NCBI GenBank assembly: GCA_002269645.1
Contig: NIVC01000094.1
Location: 806,001-870,000, forward strand
Direction of reading: 5' to 3'
Source of the DNA: Macrostomum lignano
Taxonomy: Eukaryota
Length of the DNA: 64,000 nt
This document shows, in pieces, positions 37,466 through 49,586 of the stretch. Position 1 is the stretch's first letter. Every line of letters starts with the position of its first letter. The position numbers and the translations under genes are program-made. The notes below the pieces were generated by a model that ran no database searches, had not been told where the DNA came from, and saw nothing but the letters and a program-made list of their open reading frames with translations.

Positions 37466-40400
37466 ACAGACAGGCAGGCAGACAGACAGGCAGGTAGACA
37501 GACAGGCAGGCAGGCAGACAGACATGCAGGCAGACAGACAGGCAGACAGACGGATCATGCCCAGAATGACTGATTTGAAATTATTAGAAATCAAAATAAT
37601 TTAAAACCTATTTGAATTTGTTTTATTAATAACTTCAAATTGTTCGAACCATTGGAGAAATAAAAAATTAGGAGAATTAGTCTTTAAATTGATTTTTCAT
37701 CCCATCAATTGCTCGGAAAAATGCAGTGCAAAAAGGCAGTGTAGTCATCCGTTGAGTCCCAGTCCCCAAATTGGGACAATAATCCCCGATCCAGGTGACA
37801 ATACTGTAGAATTGTTTTGTTGCAGAAACTGGCAATGAAAATAGAACTGTTAGAATCAGAAGGGAGAGTGGAGCTGGTACCTGGCATTGTCAACAGTCGG
37901 TGCTGCGAGAAGATATTCACCAATCTTCTCTGTCAGTGATTCTGATCCGCCGTCACAGCGCGTGACTGCCGCTTTGCTGAGCGCGATGAAAGAGCAGCTT
38001 CGTTGTTGCAGTTGAGGTGCTCAGCTCCCTGTGTCTGCAGTTCGCAGTTCACTTCACACCTTCCGCCTCGCTTTGCCTGGCGCCTCTGCGAGTCGGCGCG
38101 GAGTGCCATCGTAAAATCAGTTTCTGAGAATCGCTTTCTGATGATCAGTTTCTGAGAATCGCTTTCTGATGATCAGTTTCTGAGAATCGCTTTCTGATGA
38201 TCAGTTTCTGAGAAGCGCTTTCTGGGAGTCGCTCTCTGAGAACCGCTCTCTAAGAATCGTTCTCTGAGAATCGCTCTCTGAGAGTCGCTTTCAGAGAATC
38301 GATCTCTAAGAATCGCTCTCTGGGAATCGCTCTTCGAGAGTCGCTTTCTGAGAATCGCTCTCTAAGAATCGCTCTCTGAGAATCGCTCTCTGAGAGTCGC
38401 TTTCAGAGAATCGCTCTCTGAGAGTCGCTTTCAGAGAATCGCTCTCTGAGAATCGCTCTCTAAGAATCGCTCTTTGAGAATCGCTTTCTGAGAATCGCTC
38501 TCTAAGAATCGCTCTCTAAGAATCGCTCTCTGGGAATCGCTCTCTAAGAATCGCTCTCTGGGAATCGCTCTTTGAGAATCGCTCTCTAAGAATCGCTCTT
38601 TGAGAATCGCTTTCTAAGAGTCGCTTTTTGAGAATCGCTCTCTGGGATTCGCTCTCTAGAATTCGCTCTTCGAGAGTCGCTTTCTGAGAATTGCTCTCTG
38701 AGAATCGCTCTCTGAGAATCGCCCCTGAGAAAATTGCCGGTCTCACGCTGGAGAAGCCACGAACTGTCGGGCAGCAGCCGAGGCACTCCGCAGAGGTAAA
38801 GATTCGATGGGTTCCCGGCTCCCCATAAATTCTAATTAGAGCAGAGCCTGGGCCGATCGCGTCACTGGGGCACGCCTTGACCCCTGGCCGGCCGCACAGC
38901 TGCACAATGATTTATGACCCGTCTGGGTTCCGCAGTTTTTAAGTTGGGAAGAGTTAGCCCTGCGGCGGCTGGGGCATGGGGGATGAAAAAATGCAGGCTA
39001 CATCCGCCCTGGGGCCAGACAGACTTAAATAACCGCTGGCGCATACAGTGGAAATATTAGCAGCGCAGCCGGTCGCTTGGCACATCGTCAGGGATATTAA
39101 TTGCTGTTTGCGGCCAGACTTGCACAGTAAAGTGCTCCCACACTGCAGCGGCTTAGTGTGTAAGTGCAGAAAGTGCGCGGTGCCTTGGCTGCTGAGTCAG
39201 TCTGCATCCTAAATTGACATCCTAAATGTCAATTTGTACCCCTAATAATGTCATTTTGAAGTATGAAAGTGCCATTTTTAAAAACTAAATGTGAGTTTTT
39301 ATCCTAGAAAGTACCATTTTGAATCCTCCAGGTGCCATTATGCATCCTAAATGTTGCCATTTTGAATCCTAAAAGGTGCCATTATGCATCCTAAACGTTG
39401 CCATTTTGAATCTTAAAAGGTGCCATTATGCATCCTAAATGTTTCCATTTTGAATCCTAAAAGGTGCCATTATGCATCCTAAACGTTGCCATTTTGAATC
39501 TTAAAAGGTGCCATTTTGAATCTTCCAGGTGCCATTATGCATCCTAAACGTTGCCATTTTGAATCCTAAAAGGTGCCATTATGCATCCTAAACGTTGCCA
39601 TTTTGAATCTTAAAAGGTGCCATTTTGAATCTTCCAGGTGCCATTATGCGTCCTAAACGTTGCCATTTTGAATCTTAAAAGGTGCCATTTTTAATCTTAA
39701 AAGGTGCCATTTTGAATCTTAAAAGGTGCCATTTTGAATCTTAAAAGGTGCCATTTTTAATCTTAAAAGGTGCCATTTTGAATCTTAAAAGGTGCCATTT
39801 TGAATCTTAAAAGGTGCCATTTTGAATCTTAAAAGGTGCCATTTTGAATCTTAAAAGGTGCCATTTTGAATCTTAAAAGGTGCCATTTTGAATCTTAAAA
39901 GGTGCCATTTTGAATCTTAAAAGGTGCCATTTTGAATCTTAAAAGGTGCCATTTTGAATCTTAAAAGGTGCCATTTTGAATCTTAAAAGGTGCCATTTTG
40001 AATTTTAAAAGGTGCCATTTTGAATCTTAAAAGGTGCCATTTTAAATCCTAAAGGGTTTCAAGAGTTAAAATAAATTCTCGTCACCCGCCGCCACCCCAA
40101 CCGCAGATGGGTCTCAGAGGTTTACCGCCGCACCTGGCCAGTCTTCACTCGCTCCTGGCGGCCCAGGCGAAAAAGTCCGCTGGCGAGTGCTGCGACCCTC
40201 TGCCGTCGGTCTCCGCGGGGAGCCCCGGCGCGAATGTCCGCCAGCAGCACCGAGCAGCGGCGGTGGAGCCGCCAGAACTTGACGGAACTCCGAATGGGAG
40301 CAGGAGCGGCGACAGCGCGATTCAGGTGAGAATCGCCCTCGACTCTCATTGAGAATCGCCCTCGACTCTCATTGAGAATCGCCTCCAACTCTCATTGAGA

Positions 40401-43400
40401 ATCGCCTCCAACTCTCATTGAGAATCGCCTCCAACTCTCATTGAGAATCGCCCGCAACTCTCATTGAGAATCGCCTCCAACTCTCATTGAGAATCGCTTC
40501 CAAGTCCCATTGAGAATCACCCTCGACTCTCATTGAAAACCGCCCTCGACTTTCATTGAGAATCGCCTCCAAGTCTCATTGAGAATTGCCTCCAACTCTC
40601 ATTGAGAATCGCCTCCAACTCTCATTGAGAATCGCCTCCAAGTCTCATTGAGAATCGCCTCCAACTCTAATTGAGAATCGCCTCCAAGTCTCATTGAGAA
40701 TCATCCTAAATGAAATCCAAGTCAGATTCAGTCTTTTATCAGAAAATAAGTAAGAATATAATAGTATAGTAGAATAGTAGTAATAATATAATGTTAGTCA
40801 GGGTTCAATTTCCTAATTTGGTAACCATTTCTTATCGCTGAGTTCGGTGCACTGGTTGGGTCCGCAAACAAAGACCATTGACACGGTCCCATTTTCAGCC
40901 CCCCCCCTCCTTTCGAGCCCCAGTTCCCAGGAAATTTCTTCCCATTTTCCCACGATGTCAGAGTCGCGCAGATAAACATGCAAACCAACGACCTTCAGCC
41001 GATATTGTCTTATCAAGTCAGAATAGGGGTCGGTCGCGTCTGAACCCCGATTGAAAGCAAATCTGATGAAGAATGGGCAAGCGACAAGGAAGGGGTAAAT
41101 AAAACCCAAATAAAAGAGACCAGCCGTGGACCACGGAGGCTGCCTGGACTGGAAACTCCTAATTTCCTACTAGGAAAGCTACTAGATACTATTCGCTTTC
41201 TCACTACTCGCAAGTAGGCAGTCTATTCTAAAAATAGTCGATGCACAAATTGCTTCCAGCAGCAGCAACAACAGCAGCCGCAGTCGTACGAAGCCTGCCG
41301 GGTGTGCGGCGACCGCGCCTCCGGCCGGCACTACGGCGTGGTGAGCTGCGAGGGCTGCAAAGGCTTCTTCAAGCGGTCGATCCGGCGCCGGGTGAACTAC
41401 AGCTGCCGCAGCGGCCGGCAGTGCCTGGTAAACAAGACCTTCCGCAACCGCTGTCAGTTCTGCCGCCTGCGCAAGTGCATCGGCGTCGGCATGCGCTCGG
41501 AGGCCGTGCAGAACGAGCGCCGGACCCTGTCGTCCACGTCTTCGACCTCGACGGCTGGCCTCACCATTGGAGTCAAAGAAGACGACGCCGAGCCGTCCGA
41601 TGAGCTCGACGATGCCGTCGAGTGGCCTCCGAGTCCCCTGGAGCCGCCGCCGCCGCCGCCTCCGCCGCCTCCGCCCCGCCGTCGGCAGCGAATTCTCGAA
41701 CCGGAATTCGCCGAGTTCGACTTGCCGCCGTTTTTCGCGGGCCCGCCACCGCCGTCGTCGGCCACCGGAGCCTCGGCCGGCGCCGTTGACGCCGCCTTCG
41801 TGAAGTTCGTGGCGGCCTCGGTGCTGTTCCGCATGATCCGCTGGGCCCGGGACCTGGACCTGCCGCCCACCGACCGCCTGCTGCCGCACTGCTGGTGCGA
41901 CCTGTTCGCCCTGTGCCTCTGCCAGAGCTCCGGGCGGGTGCCCATGCAGCTGCTGCACTCCGCACTGTCGGAGCACCTGCTGTCCAAGGCTACTGGTGAG
42001 GCCTCGAGAGCGGCGGGATGTTGGAATCTCTACAGAATTGTTTCGGGATAAAAAACATCCAGGACCATTAACAACCATTCAGGACCATTAACAACCATGC
42101 AGGACCATTAAAAACCATTCAGGATTATTAACAACCATTCAGGACCATTAACAATCATTCAGGACCATTAAAAACCATTCAGGACCATTAACAACCATTC
42201 AGGACCATTAAAAACCATTCAGGATTATTAACAACCATTCAGGACCATTAACAACCATTCAGGACCATTAACAACCATTCAGAACCATTAACAACAATTC
42301 AGGACCATTAACAACCATTCAGGACCATTAACAATCATTCAGGACCATTAACAACCATTCAGGACCATTAACAATCATTCAGGACCATTAACAACCATTC
42401 AGGACCATTAACAACCATTCAGGACCATTAACAATCATTCAGGACCATTAACAACCATTCAGGACCATTAACAATCATTCAGGACCATTAACAACCATTC
42501 AGGACCATTAATAATCATTCAGGACCATTAACAACCATTCAGGACCATTAACAATCATTCAGGACCATTAACAACCATTCAGGACCATTAACAATCATTC
42601 AGGACCATTAACAACCATTCAGGACCATTAATAATCATTCAGGACCATTAACAACCATTCAGGACCATTAATAATCATTCAGGTCCATTAACAACTGTTC
42701 AGGACCCTTAGACTCACGAGAATCACCCTCAGAATCAGCTATACTCATGGCAGCTCGGCCAGAAAATGATGGCGCATATCTAAACTGAAACCCACAGCCG
42801 GCGACTCCCAGTGCCCGGACGTCGGCAAGCTGCTGACTGAGCTGGCGAAACTCAGGAAGATTGTCGGCATGTTCACCGACTCTCAGGTGACCGGCGTGGA
42901 GTTCGCGTACCTGCGACTGCTGACAATGTTCGAGCCAGGTGGGTGTCTGACCCAACCACCCTGAGAATCGCCCCCCAACCTCCCTGAGAATCGCCCCCCA
43001 ACCACCCTGAGAATCGCCCCCAACATCCCTGATAATCGCCCCCCAACCACCCTGAGAATCGCCCCCAACCTCTCTGAGAATCGCCCCCGGCCCTAACCAC
43101 CCTGAGAATCGCCCCCAACCACCCTGACAATCGCCCCAACCACCCCGAGAATCGCCCCCAACCACCCTGAGAATCGCCCCCAACCACCCTGACAATCGCC
43201 CCAACCACCCCGAGAATCGCCCCAACCACCCCGAGAATCGCCCCCAACCACCCCGAGAATCGCCCCTACCACCCTGAGAATCGCCCCAACCTCTCTGAGA
43301 ATCGCCCCCAACCACCCTGAGAATCGCCCCCAACCACCCTGAGAATCGCCCCCAACCACCCTGAGAATCGCCCCCAACCACCTCATTCCACCGCAGCGAT

Positions 43401-44275
43401 CTGCGTACAAGACGAGCCCGAAGCTTCAATCGTGGCCGATCTGCAGGCCGCCACTCTGTCCGAGCTGTCCGACCACCTGGCCGACAGCCTGGGCTCGCCT
43501 GAGGCCGGCCAGCGCCGGCTCGCCCGGCTGCTGCTGCACGCCAACTCGGTGCGGACCCTCGACAAGGCCGTCATCAAGGAGATCTTCTTTACTGGTGAAT
43601 CCGCTGGGAACCGGGATCGCATTGGGGATCTGGAATTTGAAATCTGGGATTTGGGATTTGGAAACTGAGATTTGGAATTGGGAAACTGAGATTTTGGATT
43701 TGGAAAATGTGATTTGGGATTTGGAAACTGAGATTTGGGATTTGGAAACTGAGTTTAGGATTTGGAAACTGGGATTTGGGATTTGGAAACTGAGATTTGG
43801 GATTGGGGAACTGAGTTTAGGATTTGAAAACTGGGATTTGGGATTTGGAAAATGTGATTTGGGATTTGGAAAATGTGATTTGGGATTTGGAAACTGAGAT
43901 TTGGGATTTGGAAACTGAGATTTGGGATTTGGAAACTGAGATTTGGGATTGGGAAACTGAGATTTGGGATTTGCAAACTGAGATTTGGAATTTAGGAAAT
44001 TAACCTCTTCTGGTCTAACAATAGCACTTCTAGTAGCAAGTGAAGCAAATACTCCAATAATAATAATAATGAATGCTGCCTTCGCCCACCCCCTTCCCCT
44101 ACCAGAGCAAATTGGCTCCGTCTCCATGGAGGCCCTCGTGCCGCACATCCTGGCCACCTGCCGGCCACCGACTGCCGCAGCAGCCCCAGCTCCGCCTTCA
44201 GCCGCATGCGGGCGGGGAGCCGCTGCCGCCGCAGGTGCTGCCGCTGGGGGGTTGCACAACCGGCATGGCAACTGA
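33098..44275 (+). CDS. NR2C: Orphan nuclear receptor, TR2/TR4 (NR2C)/HR78-like; exons 33098-33277, 40107-40325, 41260-41995, 42798-42938, 43397-43594, 44106-44275; about 547 aa (first two exons less certain)
   Basis: DNA-binding domain [35 protein letters not shown]....C...[12 protein letters not shown]...[11 protein letters not shown]. Ligand-binding domain motifs [61 protein letters not shown] match TR4. All five introns are GT-AG with consistent phases (0,0,1,1,1); 1644 nt. Confidence 0.88.
33345..34655 (+). repeat. 31 bp minisatellite (CCTAATGAGTCTGTTGGGGTGTCATTATGGT)n, receptor intron 1
   Basis: Read directly. Confidence 0.93.
35235..35930 (+). repeat. About 35 bp minisatellite (GGGGAATCTCAAAGTAAGGGAATTCTCTGTGATAA)n, receptor intron 1
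   Basis: Read directly. Confidence 0.9.
36640..37550 (+). repeat. (GACA/GGCA)n microsatellite, receptor intron 1
   Basis: Read directly. Confidence 0.93.
38115..38725 (+). repeat. 14 bp minisatellite (TCTGAGAATCGCTC)n preceded by three 30 bp units
   Basis: Read directly. Confidence 0.9.
39290..40050 (+). repeat. 22 bp minisatellite (AAAGGTGCCATTTTGAATCTTA)n at the 3' end of receptor intron 1
   Basis: Read directly. Confidence 0.93.
40326..40700 (+). repeat. 23 bp minisatellite (CTCTCATTGAGAATCGCCTCCAA)n starting at the intron 2 donor
   Basis: The donor GTGAGAATCGCC is itself the first repeat core. Confidence 0.9.
42058..42700 (+). repeat. 20 bp minisatellite (CCATTCAGGACCATTAACAA)n, receptor intron 3
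   Basis: About 32 units. Confidence 0.95.
42950..43385 (+). repeat. 21-22 bp minisatellite (AACCACCCTGAGAATCGCCCC)n, receptor intron 4
   Basis: Read directly. Confidence 0.93.
43625..43995 (+). repeat. 21 bp minisatellite (GGGATTTGGAAACTGAGATTT)n, receptor intron 5
   Basis: Its reverse complement AAATCTCAGTTTCCAAATCCC resembles the 19204 unit. Confidence 0.9.
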
Positions 44276-44412
44276 CTGACACCTGAGCTCGCGGCTCCCC
44301 TGCTTGCCCTCCTCGATTGCGGATCAACTGCTAGGGTTGGGCCGATTTTTACATGTACTTTCAGTGTTTTTTGTGCTTTTCTATACAATTTTTTGCGAAT
44401 TAATTAGCCGAT

Positions 44413-45110
44413 CTCCCAGATCCTCAGTTGCTGGGCCAGCCTCCCAGATCCTCAGTTGCTGGGCCAGCCTCCCAGATCCTCAGTTGCTGGGCCAGCCTCC
44501 CAGATCCTCAGTTGCTGGGCCAGCCTCCCAGATCCTCAGTTGCTGGGCCAGCCTCCCAGATCCTCAGTTGCTGGGCCAGCCTCCCAGATCCTCAGTTGCT
44601 GGGCCAGCAGCCTCCCAGATCCTCAGTTGCTGGGCCAGCCTCCCAGATCCTCAGTTGCTGGGCCAGCCTCCCAGATCCTCAGTTGCTGGGCCACAGCCTC
44701 CCAGATCCTCAGTTGCTGGGCCAGCAGCCTCCCAGATCCTCAGTTGCTGGGCCAGCCTCCCAGATCCTCAGTTGCTGGGCCACAGCCTCCCAGATCCTCA
44801 GTTGCTGGGCCAGCCTCCCAGATCCTCAGTTGCTGTGCCGCCCTTTCAGATCCTCAGTTGCTGGGCCAGCCTCCCAGATCCTCAGTTGCTGGGCCAGCCT
44901 CCCAGATCCTCAGTTGCTGGGCCAGCCTCCCAGATCCTCAGTTGCTGGGCCAGCCTCCCAGATCCTCAGTTGCTGGGCCAGCAGCCTGCCAGATCCTCAG
45001 TTGCTGGGCCAGCCTCCCAGATCCTCAGTTGCTGGGCCAGCCTCCCAGATCCTCAGTTGCTGGGCCACAGCCTCCCAGATCCTCAGTTGCTGGGCCAGCC
45101 TCCCAGATCC
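44413..45110 (+). repeat. 28 bp minisatellite (GCCTCCCAGATCCTCAGTTGCTGGGCCA)n downstream of the receptor stop
   Basis: Same unit as 10748-11648. Confidence 0.95.
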
Positions 45111-45451
45111 CAGCCAGAAATGCAACAGCGGCCCTTGAAAGTTCCCAGACAATATTTTTGAGGCCTACAAGTTACAGTTCTGAAAAGGCGCCAAAGAAAG
45201 AAAACTTTTTGTTTGACTTTCTCTATTCCTTTGCATGCCACTTGGCTCATCCGTTTCCTCTCTCTGTAAACTGTTCATCTCCTCAGAGCTACGAGCCGCA
45301 TGACTCTGTATTAAACTAGAAACTGATTGCATCGAATGCCCGACTCTCAGTGAAAATTATTTTATTTTTTTCCTCTTTCGTTACATTGGTCCCTGATAAT
45401 CTGCCGGAGGTTCCTGTTGGAATTATTGAGACTGATGCTTGCCCAAAATTT

Positions 45452-45519
<68 letters not shown>

Positions 45520-45544
45520 GGCAGACAGACAGACAGACAGACAC

Positions 45545-45587
<43 letters not shown>

Positions 45588-45612
45588 CACAGACAGACAG
45601 ACAGACAGACAC

Positions 45613-45647
<35 letters not shown>

Positions 45648-45672
45648 CACAGACAGACAGACAGACAGACAC

Positions 45673-45703
<31 letters not shown>

Positions 45704-45712
45704 CTAAGACAA

Positions 45713-45747
<35 letters not shown>

Positions 45748-45854
45748 CTAAGACAAAGAGACAGACAGACAGACAGACAGACACTAATACAAAGAGACAG
45801 ACAGACAGACAGACACACAGACAGACAGACAGACAAACAGACACTAAGACAAAG

Positions 45855-45907
<53 letters not shown>

Positions 45908-46148
45908 CTAAGACAAAGAGACAGACAGACAGACAGACACACACTAAGACAAAGAGACAAACAGACAGACAGACACACAGACAGACAGACACTAAGACAA
46001 AGAGACAAACAGACAGACAGACAGACACTAAGACAAAGAGACAGACAGACAGACAGACAGACACTAAGACAAAGAGACAAACAGACAGACAGACACACAG
46101 ACAGACAGACAGACAAACAGACACTAAGACAAAGAGACAGACAGACAG
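45452..46148 (+). repeat. (GACA)n microsatellite grading into CACTAAGACAAAGAGACAGA compound units
   Basis: Read directly. Confidence 0.93.
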
Positions 46149-46904
46149 AAGTATCACCAGGCTCCCCGCCCGCTCAGCACTCGGTCGAGTATTTAAAGCA
46201 ATGCGTTGAGCACTTCAAGTGCCCCAACCTTAACTATCCGGAATAATTTGCTTCTATATTTGTGTTACGTACGTATTTTTGCCTGTTCTCAAACTGTGAG
46301 CGCTGCCAAATACTTACTGAATAGCTTGGTGTGCCTTTAGCAAGTTCGGGGGGCACTTTTACCGTTGAAGCCTGAAATTTAGCTGAAATTGACCTTGCTG
46401 ACATTTTGAATTTATGAATATGAAAAATAGTAATAATTATTAAGGGATAATAAGCAGTTGTTTCTATTGATTATAATGTTAATAAGTATGTTTCGTTTTA
46501 GCCGTTTTCTATAGCGCTTTAAAGTTATGCGCGAATTCCACTTGCGAGTGTTAAACTCTGGGATCATAGGCACACTGCACGGAGCAGTTGTGTCAGACTT
46601 TGAAATTTTTCTAAGACGGTAAATTTAAAGCAACCGCTCAAACCCTGACTTCTGCCCTGTGTGGCAGATTGAGACTGCGCCAAAATATATGTTTGTTTAA
46701 TGTTTATTGAATGTACTGATGTTCTCTGCCTGCACATTCAGTGCGCGATCATGAGAGGTAGCCTCCGGATTTTATTCTTTGTTATTTCGCTCCGTAGAGA
46801 GCCTCCTTGCGTTTGAAATGATTAACTGCGGCCTCTGTTGCTGCTGCGGAGCCACCTTTGCTTTGAATGCAAAATGATACAGAGGCAGACACTGAGACGC
46901 CAAT

Positions 46905-48293
46905 ACAGGCACCAAGACAGACAACTAAGAGAATAAGACACTTCTATAAGACAGGCACTAAGACAGACAACTAAGACAATAAGACAGTTCTATAAGGCAG
47001 GCACCAAGACAGACAACTAAGAGAATAAGACAGTTCTATAAGGCAGGCACTAAGACAGCCAACTAAGACAATAAGACACTTCTATAAGACAGGCACTAAG
47101 ACAGACAACTAAGAGAATAAGACACTTCTATAAGACAGGCACTAAGACAGACAACTAAGAGAATAAGACACTTCTATAAGGCAGGCACTAAGACAGACAA
47201 CTAAGACAATAAGACACTTCTATAAGACAGGCACTAAGACAGACAACTAAGACAATAAGACACTTCTATAAGACAGGCACTAAGACAGACAACTAAGAGA
47301 ATAAGACAGTTCTATAAGGCAGGCACTAAGACAGACAACTAAGACAATAAGACACTTCTATAAGACAGGCACTAAGACAGACAACTAAGACAATAAGACA
47401 CTTCTAAAAGACAGGCACTAAGACAGCCAACTAAGACAATAAGACAGTTCTATAAGACAGGCACTAAGACAGACAACTAAGACAATAAGACAGTTCTATA
47501 AGACAGGCACTAAGACAACCAACTAAGACAATAAGACAGTTCTATAAGACAGGCACTAAGACAGACAACTAAGAGAATAAGACAGTTCTATAAGGCAGGC
47601 ACTAAGACAGACAACTAAGACAATAAGACACTTCTATAAGACAGGCACTAAGACAGACAACTAAGACAATAAGACACTTCTATAAGACAGGCACTAAGAC
47701 AGCCAACTAAGACAATAAGACAGTTCTATAAGACAGGCACTAAGACAGACAACTAAGACAATAAGACAGTTCTATAAGACAGGCACTAAGACAGCCAACT
47801 AAGACAATAAGACAGTTCTATAAGACAGGCACTAAGACAGACAACTAAGAGAATAAGACAGTTCTATAAGACAGGCATTAAGACAGACAACTAAGAGAAT
47901 AAGACAGTTCTATAAGACAGGCATTAAGACAGACAACTAAGAGAATAAGACAGTTCTATAAGACAGGCACTAAGACAGACAACTAAGACAATAAGACAGT
48001 TCTATAAGGCAGGCACTAAGACAGACAACTAAGAGAATAAGACACTACTATAAGACAGGCACTAAGACAGACAACTAAGACAATAAGACAGTTCTATAAG
48101 ACAGGCACTAAGACAGACAACTAAGACAATAAGACAGTTCTATAAGACAGGCACTAAGACAGACAACTAAGACAATAAGACAGTTCTATAAGGCAGGCAC
48201 TAAGACAGACAACTAAGAGAATAAGACTACTATAATACAGGCGCTAAGACAGACAACTAAGACAATAAGACACTACTATAAGACAGGCACTAA
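46905..48293 (+). repeat. 46 bp higher-order repeat built from TAAGACA sub-units
   Basis: TAAGACAGGCAC-TAAGACAGACAAC-TAAGACAA-TAAGACAGTTCTA, about 30 units. Confidence 0.93.
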
Positions 48294-48626
48294 GTCTGTA
48301 AGGAAAGCATCAGTCTAAATGGCAGGTACACATATTGCTAGTAGCGATGTCTGTGTTTGGCAAACCAAGCGATTGAGTGATAAAGTTTGCCATTTTCCAT
48401 TGTTTGCCGATGCATTGCATTGTTTGTCCAGCACAGCGTTTCGCTTCCTTCCTGTCAGAGGGCTTGGAAGAAAGTAGTGGAAGGAAGACTGCTGTTCTTG
48501 CAGATTTAGGAGCCCTGCACTATTGTCATGAACTACTGTGTAATCTTATTGTTAATTTTCAGCATGCTGTAAATCTAATGTATAAGTCTGTATTGGTTCA
48601 TTGTCGTGTAGTTCGATCTCATGCAG

Positions 48627-49586
48627 TCAGCCGCACACGCGGGCCACTCCTGTCAGCTGCTCACCGCTCAGCTTCCCTTGGGCGATGCCGAAACAGAATA
48701 TGGTCCCGGACAGGCAGTCGGAATTGCTCACAGTTGAGTAACCCAGTCGGATCACTGAGTCAACTGTCTGGTCACCCGAGATCGGGAGTGGGTTGTTAAA
48801 GCTGTAAACTCGGCCGTCAAGGAAGGCCATGGCGCCAGTGATGTTGCTGACCGCGACGCCCAGAAAGAAGCCGCCTGGGTCAGCGTCCATCCGCATGAAG
48901 TCCGAGGCTGAGTGGAATTTCTTGTCCAGGTTCACGATGCCCAGGATAAGGTGGCCGTCACTCTCGTACAAGTTGCATGCATAGTCATCGCCCTCAGAGG
49001 TGATCTTCATGTACACCGTCTTGGCCTTGTAGGACCGTCGCACCTTCATGAAGAAGCTCACTGCCCTCTCTCCGTCACGATCGATGAGCGCTGTGAGACC
49101 TCCCGGGATGCTCAGCTTCAGGTATGACGTCATCCTCCCAGCAAAGTGCAGTCCGCTCGAGTCTTTCGTCACGTCGAAGCCCTCGGAGCTGATGCTCGCG
49201 ATGCCCGCCGCCTTCTCGAGCGACTCCCTGAAGTCGAAGAAGGCGAGGAGCTGCAGCAGGACGGGCGCCAGCGTGAGGCTGCTGCACTGGCCGAGTCCTC
49301 CCGGGGTCGATCAGAGCGACAGCTGTGAGAAGTCGACAGCCAGAGAGCAGACGGAGTCTTTGAAGTGAGCCGCCTTGCACTTCGGCAGCCGCAGCGTGCA
49401 CACTCGGATGCACTGGAGCTGGCTGGGCAGCTGCAGGAGCTCCGCTGCTGCCGGGTTCGCAGTGGGAGGGCACAGCTGAGTCCACTGCCACCGCCACCGA
49501 CTGGCGCAAGCGGGATTCGAACCCCCGACCTGCTGCAGGGACAGGACCAGCAGGTTAAAAACGAACAGCACCAGCATGGTTGCCAT
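48627..49586 (-). CDS. Intronless secreted protein: signal peptide, PAN/Apple-like Cys domain and probable LamG/ConA-like domain; one in-frame TGA at 49311-49313 (readthrough or recent nonsense allele); 319 codons
   Basis: MATMLVLFVFNLLVLSLQQVGGS signal; QLQCIRVC....PKCKAAHF..SVC PAN-type pattern. Translating through the TGA gives STPGGLGQCSSLTLAPVLLQLLAFFDF..., continuous with the 48627-49172 ORF, with GC-rich codons throughout. Domain names are by eye. Confidence 0.6.

Noticed and set aside
42703-42790. First candidate start of receptor exon 4 (TGTTCAG|GACCC)
   Set aside because: Hits TGA after about 28 codons; acceptor 42797 restores the ligand-binding domain frame.
49311-49313. Selenocysteine interpretation of the in-frame TGA
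   Set aside because: No canonical SECIS pattern found by eye, no redox motif, and no known selenoprotein family fits; kept only as an untested alternative.
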